The notes under the pieces were generated by a model. That model did not search any database. It was not told where the DNA came from and saw only the letters and a program-made list of their open reading frames with translations. Both the position numbers and the translations under genes were made by a program. A stretch of DNA of 64,000 nucleotides from Pseudomonadota bacterium (GTDB lineage: Bacteria; Chloroflexota; Ktedonobacteria; Ktedonobacterales; JADMIN01): positions 5,366 through 69,365 of the forward strand of contig JAJPIU010000203.1 of assembly GCA_021324535.1 (NCBI GenBank), written 5' to 3'. Below, one piece after another: positions 1 through 8,325 of this stretch (the first letter of the stretch is position 1; each line of letters starts with the position of its first letter).

Positions 1-493
1 GTTCCAGTGGGAAGCCGCCCGCCACCTGCACGCTGATATGAGTCAACTGACGCAACAAGACCCGCAGGTAGATCGGGCCACCTAGAGCTTCAACAGGGAA
101 GAGCTTGACCATCTCGGCGCCTGCCTTCTGCGCAGCGATGATCTCGGTGGGGGTGAGCGCGCCTAACACACAGGCTACATTGGCGTCGCGGCAGGGCGCG
201 ATGATCTCAGGATTGAAGATGGGTGATGCGATGAAGCGCGCCCCACTGGAGATCGCCTCGCTGGCCTGCCGCTCATCCAGCACAGAACCGGCGCCCACCG
301 TCACATCCTGGCGGGTCGCCAGATGGCTGAGAATCTCGGAGGCGCCGGGGATGGTCAGCGATACCTCGACGCTGGTGATACCGCCCGCCGCCAACGCATC
401 CACCACGCTGAGCGCTTGGCGCGCCGTGTCGGTGCGCACCTCGGCCACCAGCCGCTTGCGCGTCATCTGTGCGATCATTTCGGGTGGGATCAT
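1..493 (-). CDS. eda: KDPG / 4-hydroxy-2-oxoglutarate aldolase, truncated by window edge
   Basis: Absent from the ORF track because it has no stop inside the window. Reverse translation from the ATG at 493 gives MIPPEMIAQMTRKRLVAEVRTDTARQALSVVDALAAGGITSVEVSL...VGAGSVL...GARFIASP...EMVKLFPVEALGG. This fits the Eda-type class I aldolase pattern, including the K-[LF]-FP Schiff-base lysine region. The + strand ORFs 105..599 and 323..1141 are antisense shadows. Confidence 0.75.
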   Translation of the reverse strand, partial: MIPPEMIAQMTRKRLVAEVRTDTARQALSVVDALAAGGITSVEVSLTIPGASEILSHLATRQDVTVGAGSVLDERQASEAISSGARFIASPIFNPEIIAPCRDANVACVLGALTPTEIIAAQKAGAEMVKLFPVEALGGPIYLRVLLRQLTHISVQVAGGFPLE

Positions 494-523
494 CCGTCTG
501 CTCTCATTCTGCCCGCCTGGGCC

Positions 524-547
524 ATTGGGCGATTGGGCGATTGGGCG
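524..547. repeat. 3 x 8-bp perfect tandem repeat ATTGGGCG
   Basis: attgggcg occurs three times head to tail in the short spacer between the M16 peptidase stop (611) and the eda start (493). Confidence 0.9.
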
Positions 548-610
548 CCTCGCGCTCTCTTTTCAGAGTATAGCAGGAACGCACGTGCGGGCCAACTGAG
601 CGCGACTTAT

Positions 611-1909
611 TTATTCGGCCTCAACGCCAAGCGCCTTCGCGTCGAGCGGGCCATACGCCAGCAGTGTTTGATCCGCGTTCACGGGGAAGCGGTCGAGCGC
701 GCGGCGCACGTCATCGAGCGTGACAGCCTCGATGCGCGCCATCTCGTCTTCAATGCTGCGTACCCGCTTTTCCGCTACCCAGGTGTAGGCGAGGTCTTGC
801 ATCCGACTGAAGGCGGAGTCGCCATCCAGCACGGTGCGGCTGATCAGCTTGTCTTTGGCGCGGCGCAGTTCATCCTCCTGGACACCATCGGTCTGCAAGC
901 CGTTGAGTTCCGCGCGCACAAGCTCCAGCACGGCGGGCGCATGGTCAGGCGCAGTGCTGATGAACGTGAGCAGCATACCAGTGTTATCGAAGGGCGAGAG
1001 CGAGGCCGAGACCGATTCTGCCAACCCCTTTTGATAGATATTCCAGAAGAGGCGCGAGCCGGCCCCATCGCCAAGCGCCATCGCGGCCAGATGCGCGGCG
1101 TAGAGGTCTGGGTCTTGGACGCTCACCGACGGGCTGGCTAACAAGATCATTTGCTGCTTTTGCTGCGGCTTCACGATGACCTTTGCCTGAGCATGGGACG
1201 GCGCGAAGGGTGGAGCGTCGCGCCCTTCCTCGCCGCTTGTCCACGCGCCGCAGTGCTTCTCGGCAAGCTCCACCACCTGCTCCCACTCGAAGTTGCCCGC
1301 GATGGCGAGAATCATATTGTTCGCGCCGTAGCGTTGCGCATGGTAGGCGCGCATCTGCTCAACGGACATCTCGCGGATGCTCTCCTTTGTGCCCAACACG
1401 TCGTGCCCCAACTCGAACCCCGCGAAGTAGGTCTGCATCAGGCGGCGATACGCCTGGCCGGAGGGAGAATCCTCCGAGCGGGCGATCTCTTCGAGAATGA
1501 CGTTGCGCTCCATCGCGAAGTCTTCGGCGTCCAGGCGGGGACGCATCATATCGCTGAGCAAGTCCATCGCGTTTGGCAGATACTCCCGCAGCACACGCGC
1601 ATAAAAGACTGTCTGCTCCACCGAGGTAAAGGCGTTGAACTCCGCGCCCATCAGATTGAAATCGAGCGTGATGCGTTCGGTGTCGCGGCGCTCGGTGCCT
1701 TTGAAGACCATATGCTCCAGAAAGTGCGAGACGCCGAACAGCTCCGGGTCGTGTTCGTCGCGCGCGCCCGTACGGACGTGGAAGCAGAGCGAGATGGATT
1801 CCAGATCGGGCATGCGCTGTCCAAGCATCTGCAAGCCATTGGGCAGACGATGTATGTAAAAGCGGTCGGAGTCGTTGGTGGAAACAGGGGCGGTCTGCGC
1901 TGTTGTCAT
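611..1909 (-). CDS. M16 family (pitrilysin/insulinase-like) zinc peptidase
   Basis: 432-aa ORF with the inverted zinc motif HFLEHMVFKGT (HxxEH) near the N-terminus and the typical two-domain length. Confidence 0.9.
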   Translation of the reverse strand: MTTAQTAPVSTNDSDRFYIHRLPNGLQMLGQRMPDLESISLCFHVRTGARDEHDPELFGVSHFLEHMVFKGTERRDTERITLDFNLMGAEFNAFTSVEQTVFYARVLREYLPNAMDLLSDMMRPRLDAEDFAMERNVILEEIARSEDSPSGQAYRRLMQTYFAGFELGHDVLGTKESIREMSVEQMRAYHAQRYGANNMILAIAGNFEWEQVVELAEKHCGAWTSGEEGRDAPPFAPSHAQAKVIVKPQQKQQMILLASPSVSVQDPDLYAAHLAAMALGDGAGSRLFWNIYQKGLAESVSASLSPFDNTGMLLTFISTAPDHAPAVLELVRAELNGLQTDGVQEDELRRAKDKLISRTVLDGDSAFSRMQDLAYTWVAEKRVRSIEDEMARIEAVTLDDVRRALDRFPVNADQTLLAYGPLDAKALGVEAE

Positions 1910-2264
1910 GGGTTATCCTTTGTCGTTCTCTACTCTCAAAGCGCGCCGAACCCTCCTTTCGATACGGAAAGAAGTCGTGCGGCGTGAGAGATTGGCCTGC
2001 GAATCGGGTTCAGGCCAGATGATAGCCGTTTGACATATCATAGATCAAACTGGGCAGGCGAGCTGATTTCTTGTTGCGTCGCGCTGCGTCGCGCCTGGGT
2101 GATTGTTGCTATTGGTACGTTTGTTTCGCCCGATTGCCAGCAACGACAGGTGATGTTAGACTCGAAACAATCTTTATGGACACTCGTCAGGTACCCCACG
2201 GCTGAAGCCGGGGGCTTGTGAGGGAATGAAGATTGCTCAATCGCACAGCAGACGACATCGAATA

Positions 2265-2290
2265 GATTTTTAACCTGTAGGTTAAAAATC
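2265..2290. promoter_or_regulatory. Perfect 12-bp inverted repeat GATTTTTAACCT-gt-AGGTTAAAAATC, candidate operator
   Basis: Read directly from the sequence. It is an AT-rich dyad in a GC-rich genome and lies in the divergent intergenic region between the M16 peptidase (start 1909) and comEC (start 2371/2401). Confidence 0.4.
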
Positions 2291-2370
2291 CCGGAACGTT
2301 CGGTTGCAAATCAGTATAGTATTTCATGCTTATTTCGGCGCTGAATCTGACTCGCTGGCGTTAATTCAAC

Positions 2371-5106
2371 GTGCTCGTCACGAAAGCGAGAGAGAATCCA
2401 ATGACCACAGGCCCCACATCGCGCATATCGCGTCTATCGCGTCTATCCGCGCCTGGCGCAACACCTTCTATGTCTGTGACACCAGCGCCAGCCGTGGGCG
2501 GCGCGCCATCGGGTGTTGCGTTTGGTGGCTATGCGCTCGTCGCCTTTGTTCTTGCCTGGCTTGCCGGAATCGCGTTCTATGGCGCTGTCTCCGCCGTTGC
2601 GTTGGTTGATCCGTGGGTGTGGATAGGCGTTGCGTTGGCATGTGGCGCGCTGGCGCTGGGCGCATGGCTGCTCACGCGGCGCTACTCCTCTATATCTACA
2701 TCTACCGCGCCAGCGCATATGCTCAACTGGCGGCCCATCCTGAGCGCAGCTCCATTGGTTGCTTTGTTGGGAATATGGCTGGCGCTGGGTATGGCGCGCG
2801 CCGCATGGAGCGATCCTGCACGCGATCCGCTCTCCATCGGACGCTATGCCACAGGCGCATCGTACCAGATCAAGGGCGATATCGTTGAGGAGCCGGATAT
2901 TCGCGATGGCTACCGCTATCTGACCGTGCAGGTCAGCGCGATCAGCAGCGACAGCGGGCAGACCTGGACGGCGGTGGATGGGCGTATCGAGGCGACGGTC
3001 TACGGCCCCGACGATTGGTTCGCGCCCGCCTATGGCGATACGGTCACGCTGACGGGCAAGCTCAAATCAACCGCTGGGGCGTATGCGCCGCCAGGAGTGG
3101 CAGGGCGCATGTCCTCGGCGCGGGTAACGATCTATGCGCGCGGAGGGGGAAACCCACTGCTGGCGTGGCTATTTGGGCTGCGGGTCGCGCTGGCGCAGGC
3201 CATCCAGCGGTCACTGCCGGAGCCTGAGGCGTCGCTGCTGATCGGCATTCTGCTGGGGCTGAAGTCACCAACGCTGCGCACACGTCAGGCGCTCTTCGTG
3301 GCGACCGGTACGATCCATCTGGTGGTTCCTGCCGGTCTGAAGGTAGCCATCGTGGCAGAGGTGGCCGGGCGCACGTTGCGGCCATTGGGGCGCTGGCCGG
3401 GAGCCATTGGGGCGCTGCTGGCGATTGGCGTCTACGCGGCGATAGGGGGAGGAGGCGCAGCCGCCGAGCGCGCGGCGATCATGGGCGCGCTGTTGGCGAT
3501 GGCTCCGGCGTTGGGGCGCGGCTATAACGTCTTCACCTCGCTGGCGCTGGCCGTCCTGCTGATGACGTTGTTCGAACCGCTGCTGATCTACGACGCAGGC
3601 TTCCAACTGACGGCGCTGGCAACGGCCGGCCTGCCGCTCTTCGCGACACCAATCCAGCGGCGTCTGCTGGCGTTGCTTGGGCCGGTGGGGCGCGCCTCAG
3701 GCGTGGCGACTGTTACGGAGTTGGTTGCCGTCACGCTGGCGGCGCAGATCGCCACGGCGCCAGTGCTTGCCTTCACCTTCAACGTTGTCTCGTTGATCGC
3801 TCCGCTTGCCAACCTGCTGACTGTTCCGCTGCTCACGCCACTGCTGTTGCTTGGTGGACTGCTGGCAATGTTGGTGGCGCTTGGCGGGCCAATCGCGGGA
3901 ACCCTCGCGTTGGCGCTGAGCTGGATCGTCTGGCCGTTGCTCTGGTTCGTGGACGCCGTGATCAATTTCTGTGCCGGGCTGCCCTTCGCGGCGCTGAATA
4001 TCACCCCTGGCAAAGCGACCACCACAGGGCAGGCGCTTACGCCAGTCATGCTCTCGGCGCTCTACTACGCCACGCTTGGGCTGACCTTCCTCAATCTCCG
4101 CTGGCTCACGCGCAACCTGCGCTGGCCGGTGGACAATCCGCCACACCACCCTACCTCTTCCAGCCATACATCCAGGCATACCCAGGCAGCGCATGCCGCG
4201 CTTGGACGCGGGCTGCTGGTTGGTGTGTTGGTGGTGGCGCTGCTGGGGGCAACCGGCGCGGCGCTGCCTGCGCTGGCGGCGGGACGCGCAGGCCAGCTCA
4301 CGTTCCTCGATGTTGGCGCTGGCGGCGAGGCGATCCTGTTACAAATGCCTTCGGGCGTGACGGCGCTGCTCGATGGTGGCCCATCCGGCCCTGCGCTTGA
4401 AACGGCGCTCAGTGGGCGACTACCCTTCTGGCGGCATACGCTCGATCTGGTGGCGCTGACCGACGCACGGGCAGGCAATGCGCGCGGCCTGGAAGACGCG
4501 GCCAGTCACTTCACCGTCCTGCACGCGCTCGACGCAGGTATGCTGCACCCCAATACAGAATATCTGGCCTACCGCGACGCCATGCAGCACGCAGGGGCCA
4601 GCCGCACGCAGATGCGCGCAGACGACATCGCCCGCCTCGACGCAACCACCACCCTCCGTGCGCTGGCTCCCCCACAGGAATTGTATCCTTCAGGGGAGGG
4701 CGACACGAACGAGAGCGAAGACCTGATCCTGCGGCTCGATACCCCCGGCCTGCGTGTGTTGTTCCTGGGCGACGCCGACGCCTACGCGCTGGATGCGTTG
4801 GCGGGATCGGGCGAGCCGCTGGCAGCGGATGTGGTGGCGCTGGCGCTGCCGGCCGGGGCGCCGCTCGATCTTTCCGGCCCGCTTGGCGACGTGCTGGCGC
4901 TGGCGCATCCTCAACTGGTTGTGATCTGCCAGGCGCCCGCCGCGCGCAAGTCAAAGACGCACCCCCAGGTACTTCTGAGCGCACCCGACCTCTATACGGC
5001 GGACGCCGATGCCGGGCGGCGGCTTGGCGCGCTGATCTATCGTATAAGCCTGGCGGGAACGATCTCGCTGCGCGGCGGCGCAAACGGTTGGGCAGTAGGT
5101 GAATAG
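2371..5106 (+). CDS. comEC: ComEC/Rec2 DNA internalisation channel with C-terminal metallo-beta-lactamase-like domain
   Basis: 911-aa polytopic membrane ORF. The N-terminal OB-like region and multi-TM core are followed by LTFLDVGAGGEAILLQMPSGVTALLDGGPS, an MBL-fold signature of ComEC C-termini. The start may be the ATG at 2401. Confidence 0.85.
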   Translation: MLVTKARENPMTTGPTSRISRLSRLSAPGATPSMSVTPAPAVGGAPSGVAFGGYALVAFVLAWLAGIAFYGAVSAVALVDPWVWIGVALACGALALGAWLLTRRYSSISTSTAPAHMLNWRPILSAAPLVALLGIWLALGMARAAWSDPARDPLSIGRYATGASYQIKGDIVEEPDIRDGYRYLTVQVSAISSDSGQTWTAVDGRIEATVYGPDDWFAPAYGDTVTLTGKLKSTAGAYAPPGVAGRMSSARVTIYARGGGNPLLAWLFGLRVALAQAIQRSLPEPEASLLIGILLGLKSPTLRTRQALFVATGTIHLVVPAGLKVAIVAEVAGRTLRPLGRWPGAIGALLAIGVYAAIGGGGAAAERAAIMGALLAMAPALGRGYNVFTSLALAVLLMTLFEPLLIYDAGFQLTALATAGLPLFATPIQRRLLALLGPVGRASGVATVTELVAVTLAAQIATAPVLAFTFNVVSLIAPLANLLTVPLLTPLLLLGGLLAMLVALGGPIAGTLALALSWIVWPLLWFVDAVINFCAGLPFAALNITPGKATTTGQALTPVMLSALYYATLGLTFLNLRWLTRNLRWPVDNPPHHPTSSSHTSRHTQAAHAALGRGLLVGVLVVALLGATGAALPALAAGRAGQLTFLDVGAGGEAILLQMPSGVTALLDGGPSGPALETALSGRLPFWRHTLDLVALTDARAGNARGLEDAASHFTVLHALDAGMLHPNTEYLAYRDAMQHAGASRTQMRADDIARLDATTTLRALAPPQELYPSGEGDTNESEDLILRLDTPGLRVLFLGDADAYALDALAGSGEPLAADVVALALPAGAPLDLSGPLGDVLALAHPQLVVICQAPAARKSKTHPQVLLSAPDLYTADADAGRRLGALIYRISLAGTISLRGGANGWAVGE

Positions 5107-5216
5107 TGAGAGTTGGCGCCATATCTGCATTGTGCTTTTCGTCCGCCTCTTGTTTCTTGCTGTACATGCTTCCAGCGCCGTGAGGATGGACTCCTGGAAG
5201 CTAGAAAGAACCATGT

Positions 5217-5804
5217 ATGACCTCTCTATCACGCGCGTCTCGCCGCTTCCTCTCCTCATCCTGGTTGCTGCGCTCAATTCTACTGCTAGCCGGTTCACTC
5301 CTTGGCGCTACGGTTGTGTATGCGCTCTATCGTCGCTGGGGGCAAGCCGGTGAGGCCAACGAGGCCAATAAGCGCCCGGCTGTGCGTCTGAGAGCGTCGG
5401 GCCGCTCTCGCGCTTCATCGCTAGCGGAGCCGCTGTCGGCGGTTGACGCCACCCGCCAGACAGTCGCCTCTGTCATCTCACAGCGCCCCCTGCCTGCCAC
5501 AGCCGTCGGGGAAGCCTTTGCTCAGGCCATTGCCGCCAGCCAGGCGGAGCAGGTGAGTGTAGAAGCAAATGGCGCCTCGCCACACAACACGCCAGCTTCC
5601 ACAGGCGCCGTCGAGGTTCCACAGGCGGCTTCGGCTGAAGAAGCGACTGAAACGCAAACATCGGGCGCGTTTGTCGGCAATGTGCACACGCTGGTCTACC
5701 ATTCCGCAACGAGCGAACACCTGCCCATCGAAGAGCATCGCCGCTATTTTGCCAGCGAAGAAGACGCTCTCGCGGCGGGCTACCATCGCGCGGCGGCTGA
5801 TTAG
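5217..5804 (+). CDS. Hypothetical single-pass membrane protein with a small conserved C-terminal module
   Basis: It has an N-terminal TM segment (LLRSILLLAGSLLGATVVYALY) and an A/S/E-rich linker. The C-terminus VYHSATSEHLPIEEHRRYFASEEDALAAGYHRA resembles the Cys-less Ada-metal-binding-like / sunset type motif (YH...F.S..eA..AGY). The start is uncertain. Confidence 0.55.
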   Translation: MTSLSRASRRFLSSSWLLRSILLLAGSLLGATVVYALYRRWGQAGEANEANKRPAVRLRASGRSRASSLAEPLSAVDATRQTVASVISQRPLPATAVGEAFAQAIAASQAEQVSVEANGASPHNTPASTGAVEVPQAASAEEATETQTSGAFVGNVHTLVYHSATSEHLPIEEHRRYFASEEDALAAGYHRAAAD

Positions 5805-5825
5805 AGGGCAGAACCTACTACTCGA

Positions 5826-6647
5826 TCAATCCGTCTCAGGGACAGGCTCGGAGGGAATAGTCGCGTCAGCAGGCGGTATGGGAACAAACGTCTCCTCAGC
5901 TTTAGGCGCCTCTGAATCAACCTCTCTGGTTGTGGGCGCCGATGTGACTGCGCTGGGAACTGCTGTGCTAGTGGCAGCGCGACGCGCAAGCCAGAGGCGC
6001 ACGGCCATGTCGAACAGCAGCACAAACGCGACACAGCCTGCCTCTACGGCAAGGGAATAGCGATTGAGGGGCACATATCGGTTGACCAGTGGATCGCTCA
6101 GCGCGAGGGTAGCGGCGGTGTAGGCGATCACCAGCGCGGCGAGGTCGAGCAGAAGAGGGATACGCTCAATCAATTGGGCAATCAGCGCGCTGGCGATGAA
6201 GAGCAAGACCATACTGATCAGCAAGCCAATGATGACCAGCAAAATATTGCCATGGGCAAGCGCGCCTATCGCCAGGATGTTGTCAATGCTCATCGTGGCG
6301 TCAGCGATCAGGATAGTCACAATTGCTGGAACGATGCTTTCGGAGGCGCGCTTGGCGACATCAGTCGAGGAACTGTCGGGGAGGAGCATATGACAGGCAA
6401 TGAACATCAGCGCCACCGCGCCGATGCTTTGGAGGAGGGGAATACGTAGCACCTCGGTTGCGCCAATTGTTAGCAAGATGCGAAACACAATAGCAGCGAT
6501 TCCGCCCCAGACGATGGCCAGCATGCGACGGCCTGGTGAAAGACGACTGGCGGCGGCTCCGATCACCAGCGCGTTGTCACCGCTCAGCACGATGTCAATC
6601 AAGGCAATACCGGCGACCGATAGGATGAATGTCACAAAGGGATTCAT
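5826..6647 (-). CDS. TerC/YjbE family integral membrane protein
   Basis: The N-terminus MNPFVTFILSVAGIALIDIVLSGDNALVIGAAA and a second DNILAIGALA repeat are the TerC-family paired DN motifs. GAGGGGGG sits 7 nt upstream of the ATG. Confidence 0.85.
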   Translation of the reverse strand: MNPFVTFILSVAGIALIDIVLSGDNALVIGAAASRLSPGRRMLAIVWGGIAAIVFRILLTIGATEVLRIPLLQSIGAVALMFIACHMLLPDSSSTDVAKRASESIVPAIVTILIADATMSIDNILAIGALAHGNILLVIIGLLISMVLLFIASALIAQLIERIPLLLDLAALVIAYTAATLALSDPLVNRYVPLNRYSLAVEAGCVAFVLLFDMAVRLWLARRAATSTAVPSAVTSAPTTREVDSEAPKAEETFVPIPPADATIPSEPVPETD

Positions 6648-6814
6648 TGGCGCGCCCCCCTCTATCTCTTCGTTGAGACGGATGGCTTCCCAGGTTCTTC
6701 ACTACTCTACGCGCTTTTGCCGACGCCGGTAGAACAGACCTCACCCCCTGGCCCCCTTCCCCATACGGGAAGGCAGAATTATTCTCTATGGGAGAATGAT
6801 ACATGCTTCATCCT

Positions 6815-6848
6815 AAAAAAACACCCCTCCCCATAGCTGGGGAGGGGT
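6815..6848 (-). terminator. Rho-independent terminator of secF
   Basis: On the minus strand a 10-bp perfect stem (CCCCTCCCCA/TGGGGAGGGG, 4-nt loop) is followed by a T7 run, starting 13 nt after the secF stop. Confidence 0.8.
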
Positions 6849-6860
6849 TGGGGGAGAGGT

Positions 6861-8303
6861 CTATCCACGCGCCCCGCCCAACACTCGGTTGCGCTGGCCG
6901 CCACGCAGATACTGCGTCTCGGCTGGCTTGCGACCAAACAAGCGGCCAAGCCAATCGAACCAGCGTTTGTATTCGCCTGTCTCCCAGACCACCAGGATCA
7001 TACTGGCGTTGAAGATTGAGGAGTACGTCCCCGACGCGATGCCGATCAGCAGGGCCAGCGTAAACTGCTGGATGCTTGCGCCGCCGAAGAGCGTCAACGC
7101 CGACAGGGTGAACAACACAGTGAGCGAGGTGTTCAGTGAACGCGACATCGTCTGGATCAGGCTGGTGTTCACCACCGTCTCAAACGACTCTGAGGTGCGG
7201 CGCGCCAGATTCTCGCGGATGCGGTCGAACACCACAATGGTATCATGGACGGAGAAGCCGATCACCGTCAGCACAGCGGTCAGGAACAGCGAGTCCACCT
7301 TGAAGTTGAAGAAGTGGCCGAAGATCGCCCACAGGCCCACCACCACCAGTACGTCGTGCAGCAGCGCGATGATGGCGCTGGAGCCAAAGCGGACGGCGCG
7401 CCATGCACTCCCGACTTTGTGGAAGGCAATAGCGATGTAGGCCAGAATGGCGGCTGAAGCCAGCAACACAGCGAAGAAAGCATTGATAGTCGTCTGCGAG
7501 GCAATGGCTGGGCCAACGTTGTTTTGATCCTGCACGAACGCCGGGCCGTAGGTGTGGCTCAACTGGAAGACGATGGCATCGAGCTGGGCGCCTTGCAAGA
7601 AGGTCTGGGTATTCACCTCATAGATCGTCTCGTTCTGCCCCTGCGCGACGTTCGTCACCTTCACCGGGAAGGTCTGGCCGCTCGTTGTGGGCGTGGCTGT
7701 CGCGGCGGGCGTAGCAGCGCTGGCAGCCGTCGTCGCGGTCGCGGCGGGCGTAGTCGTCTTTGTCGCCGTTCCCTTCGCTGTGGCGGTCGCCTTCACCGTT
7801 GGCGTAGGCGTCACCTGGACGGGTGGCGCGTCGGTCGGTGGCAGCTTCTTCAACGCCGCCTCCACCTTCGCCACCGTCGTATCGGAGTTGAAGTGAACCA
7901 CCATCAGCGCCGTTTGTGTCTTGGAGCCAGGTGTTGTGACAGTGTAGTAGACACGATCAATGTTGTTCTCGCCGATGCCAAGCAATTGGCGGACGTTTTC
8001 TACCTCGTTCGCGCCGATGGGGCGGCTGAACGTGATGTAGAAATAGCGTTTCGCCGGAATCGCCCCATTTTGGGCGTTCGTCGAGGCGTACACCTGCACG
8101 TCCTGCGCGCCTGCGTTCTTGAATGCCTGGGCGACCTCCGTCGTGGTGACGTTGTTGTGGGCAAAACGCAGGTCAATCGTGGCGCCATTGGTGAAGTCAA
8201 TGCCAAGATTGAGGTGCCAGAAGATCAACGCCAACAGGCCAGGAATGATGATCAGGCCGGAGATGGCGAAGAACCAGTATTTATAACGGGTCAAATGGTA
8301 CAC
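6861..8303 (-). CDS. secF: Protein translocase subunit SecF, with enlarged periplasmic region
   Basis: The 480-aa ORF has a C-terminal 6-TM SecF core (...FHKVGSAWRAVRFGSSAIIALLHDVLVVVGLWAIFG...DTIVVFDRIREN...). It also carries a T/A/P-rich insert (TPTPTVKATATAKGTATKTTTPAATATTAASAATPAATATPTTSG). GTG start with AAGAGGA upstream. Confidence 0.9.
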   Translation of the reverse strand: MYHLTRYKYWFFAISGLIIIPGLLALIFWHLNLGIDFTNGATIDLRFAHNNVTTTEVAQAFKNAGAQDVQVYASTNAQNGAIPAKRYFYITFSRPIGANEVENVRQLLGIGENNIDRVYYTVTTPGSKTQTALMVVHFNSDTTVAKVEAALKKLPPTDAPPVQVTPTPTVKATATAKGTATKTTTPAATATTAASAATPAATATPTTSGQTFPVKVTNVAQGQNETIYEVNTQTFLQGAQLDAIVFQLSHTYGPAFVQDQNNVGPAIASQTTINAFFAVLLASAAILAYIAIAFHKVGSAWRAVRFGSSAIIALLHDVLVVVGLWAIFGHFFNFKVDSLFLTAVLTVIGFSVHDTIVVFDRIRENLARRTSESFETVVNTSLIQTMSRSLNTSLTVLFTLSALTLFGGASIQQFTLALLIGIASGTYSSIFNASMILVVWETGEYKRWFDWLGRLFGRKPAETQYLRGGQRNRVLGGARG

Positions 8304-8325
8304 GGATTCGTCCTCTTATTCTTCG

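Noticed and set aside
105-1141. Plus-strand ORFs 105..599 and 323..1141 at the window start.
   Set aside because: They are antisense to the partial eda gene (1..493, -) and to the M16 peptidase gene, both of which have recognisable motifs. Neither ORF has an SD or any family resemblance.
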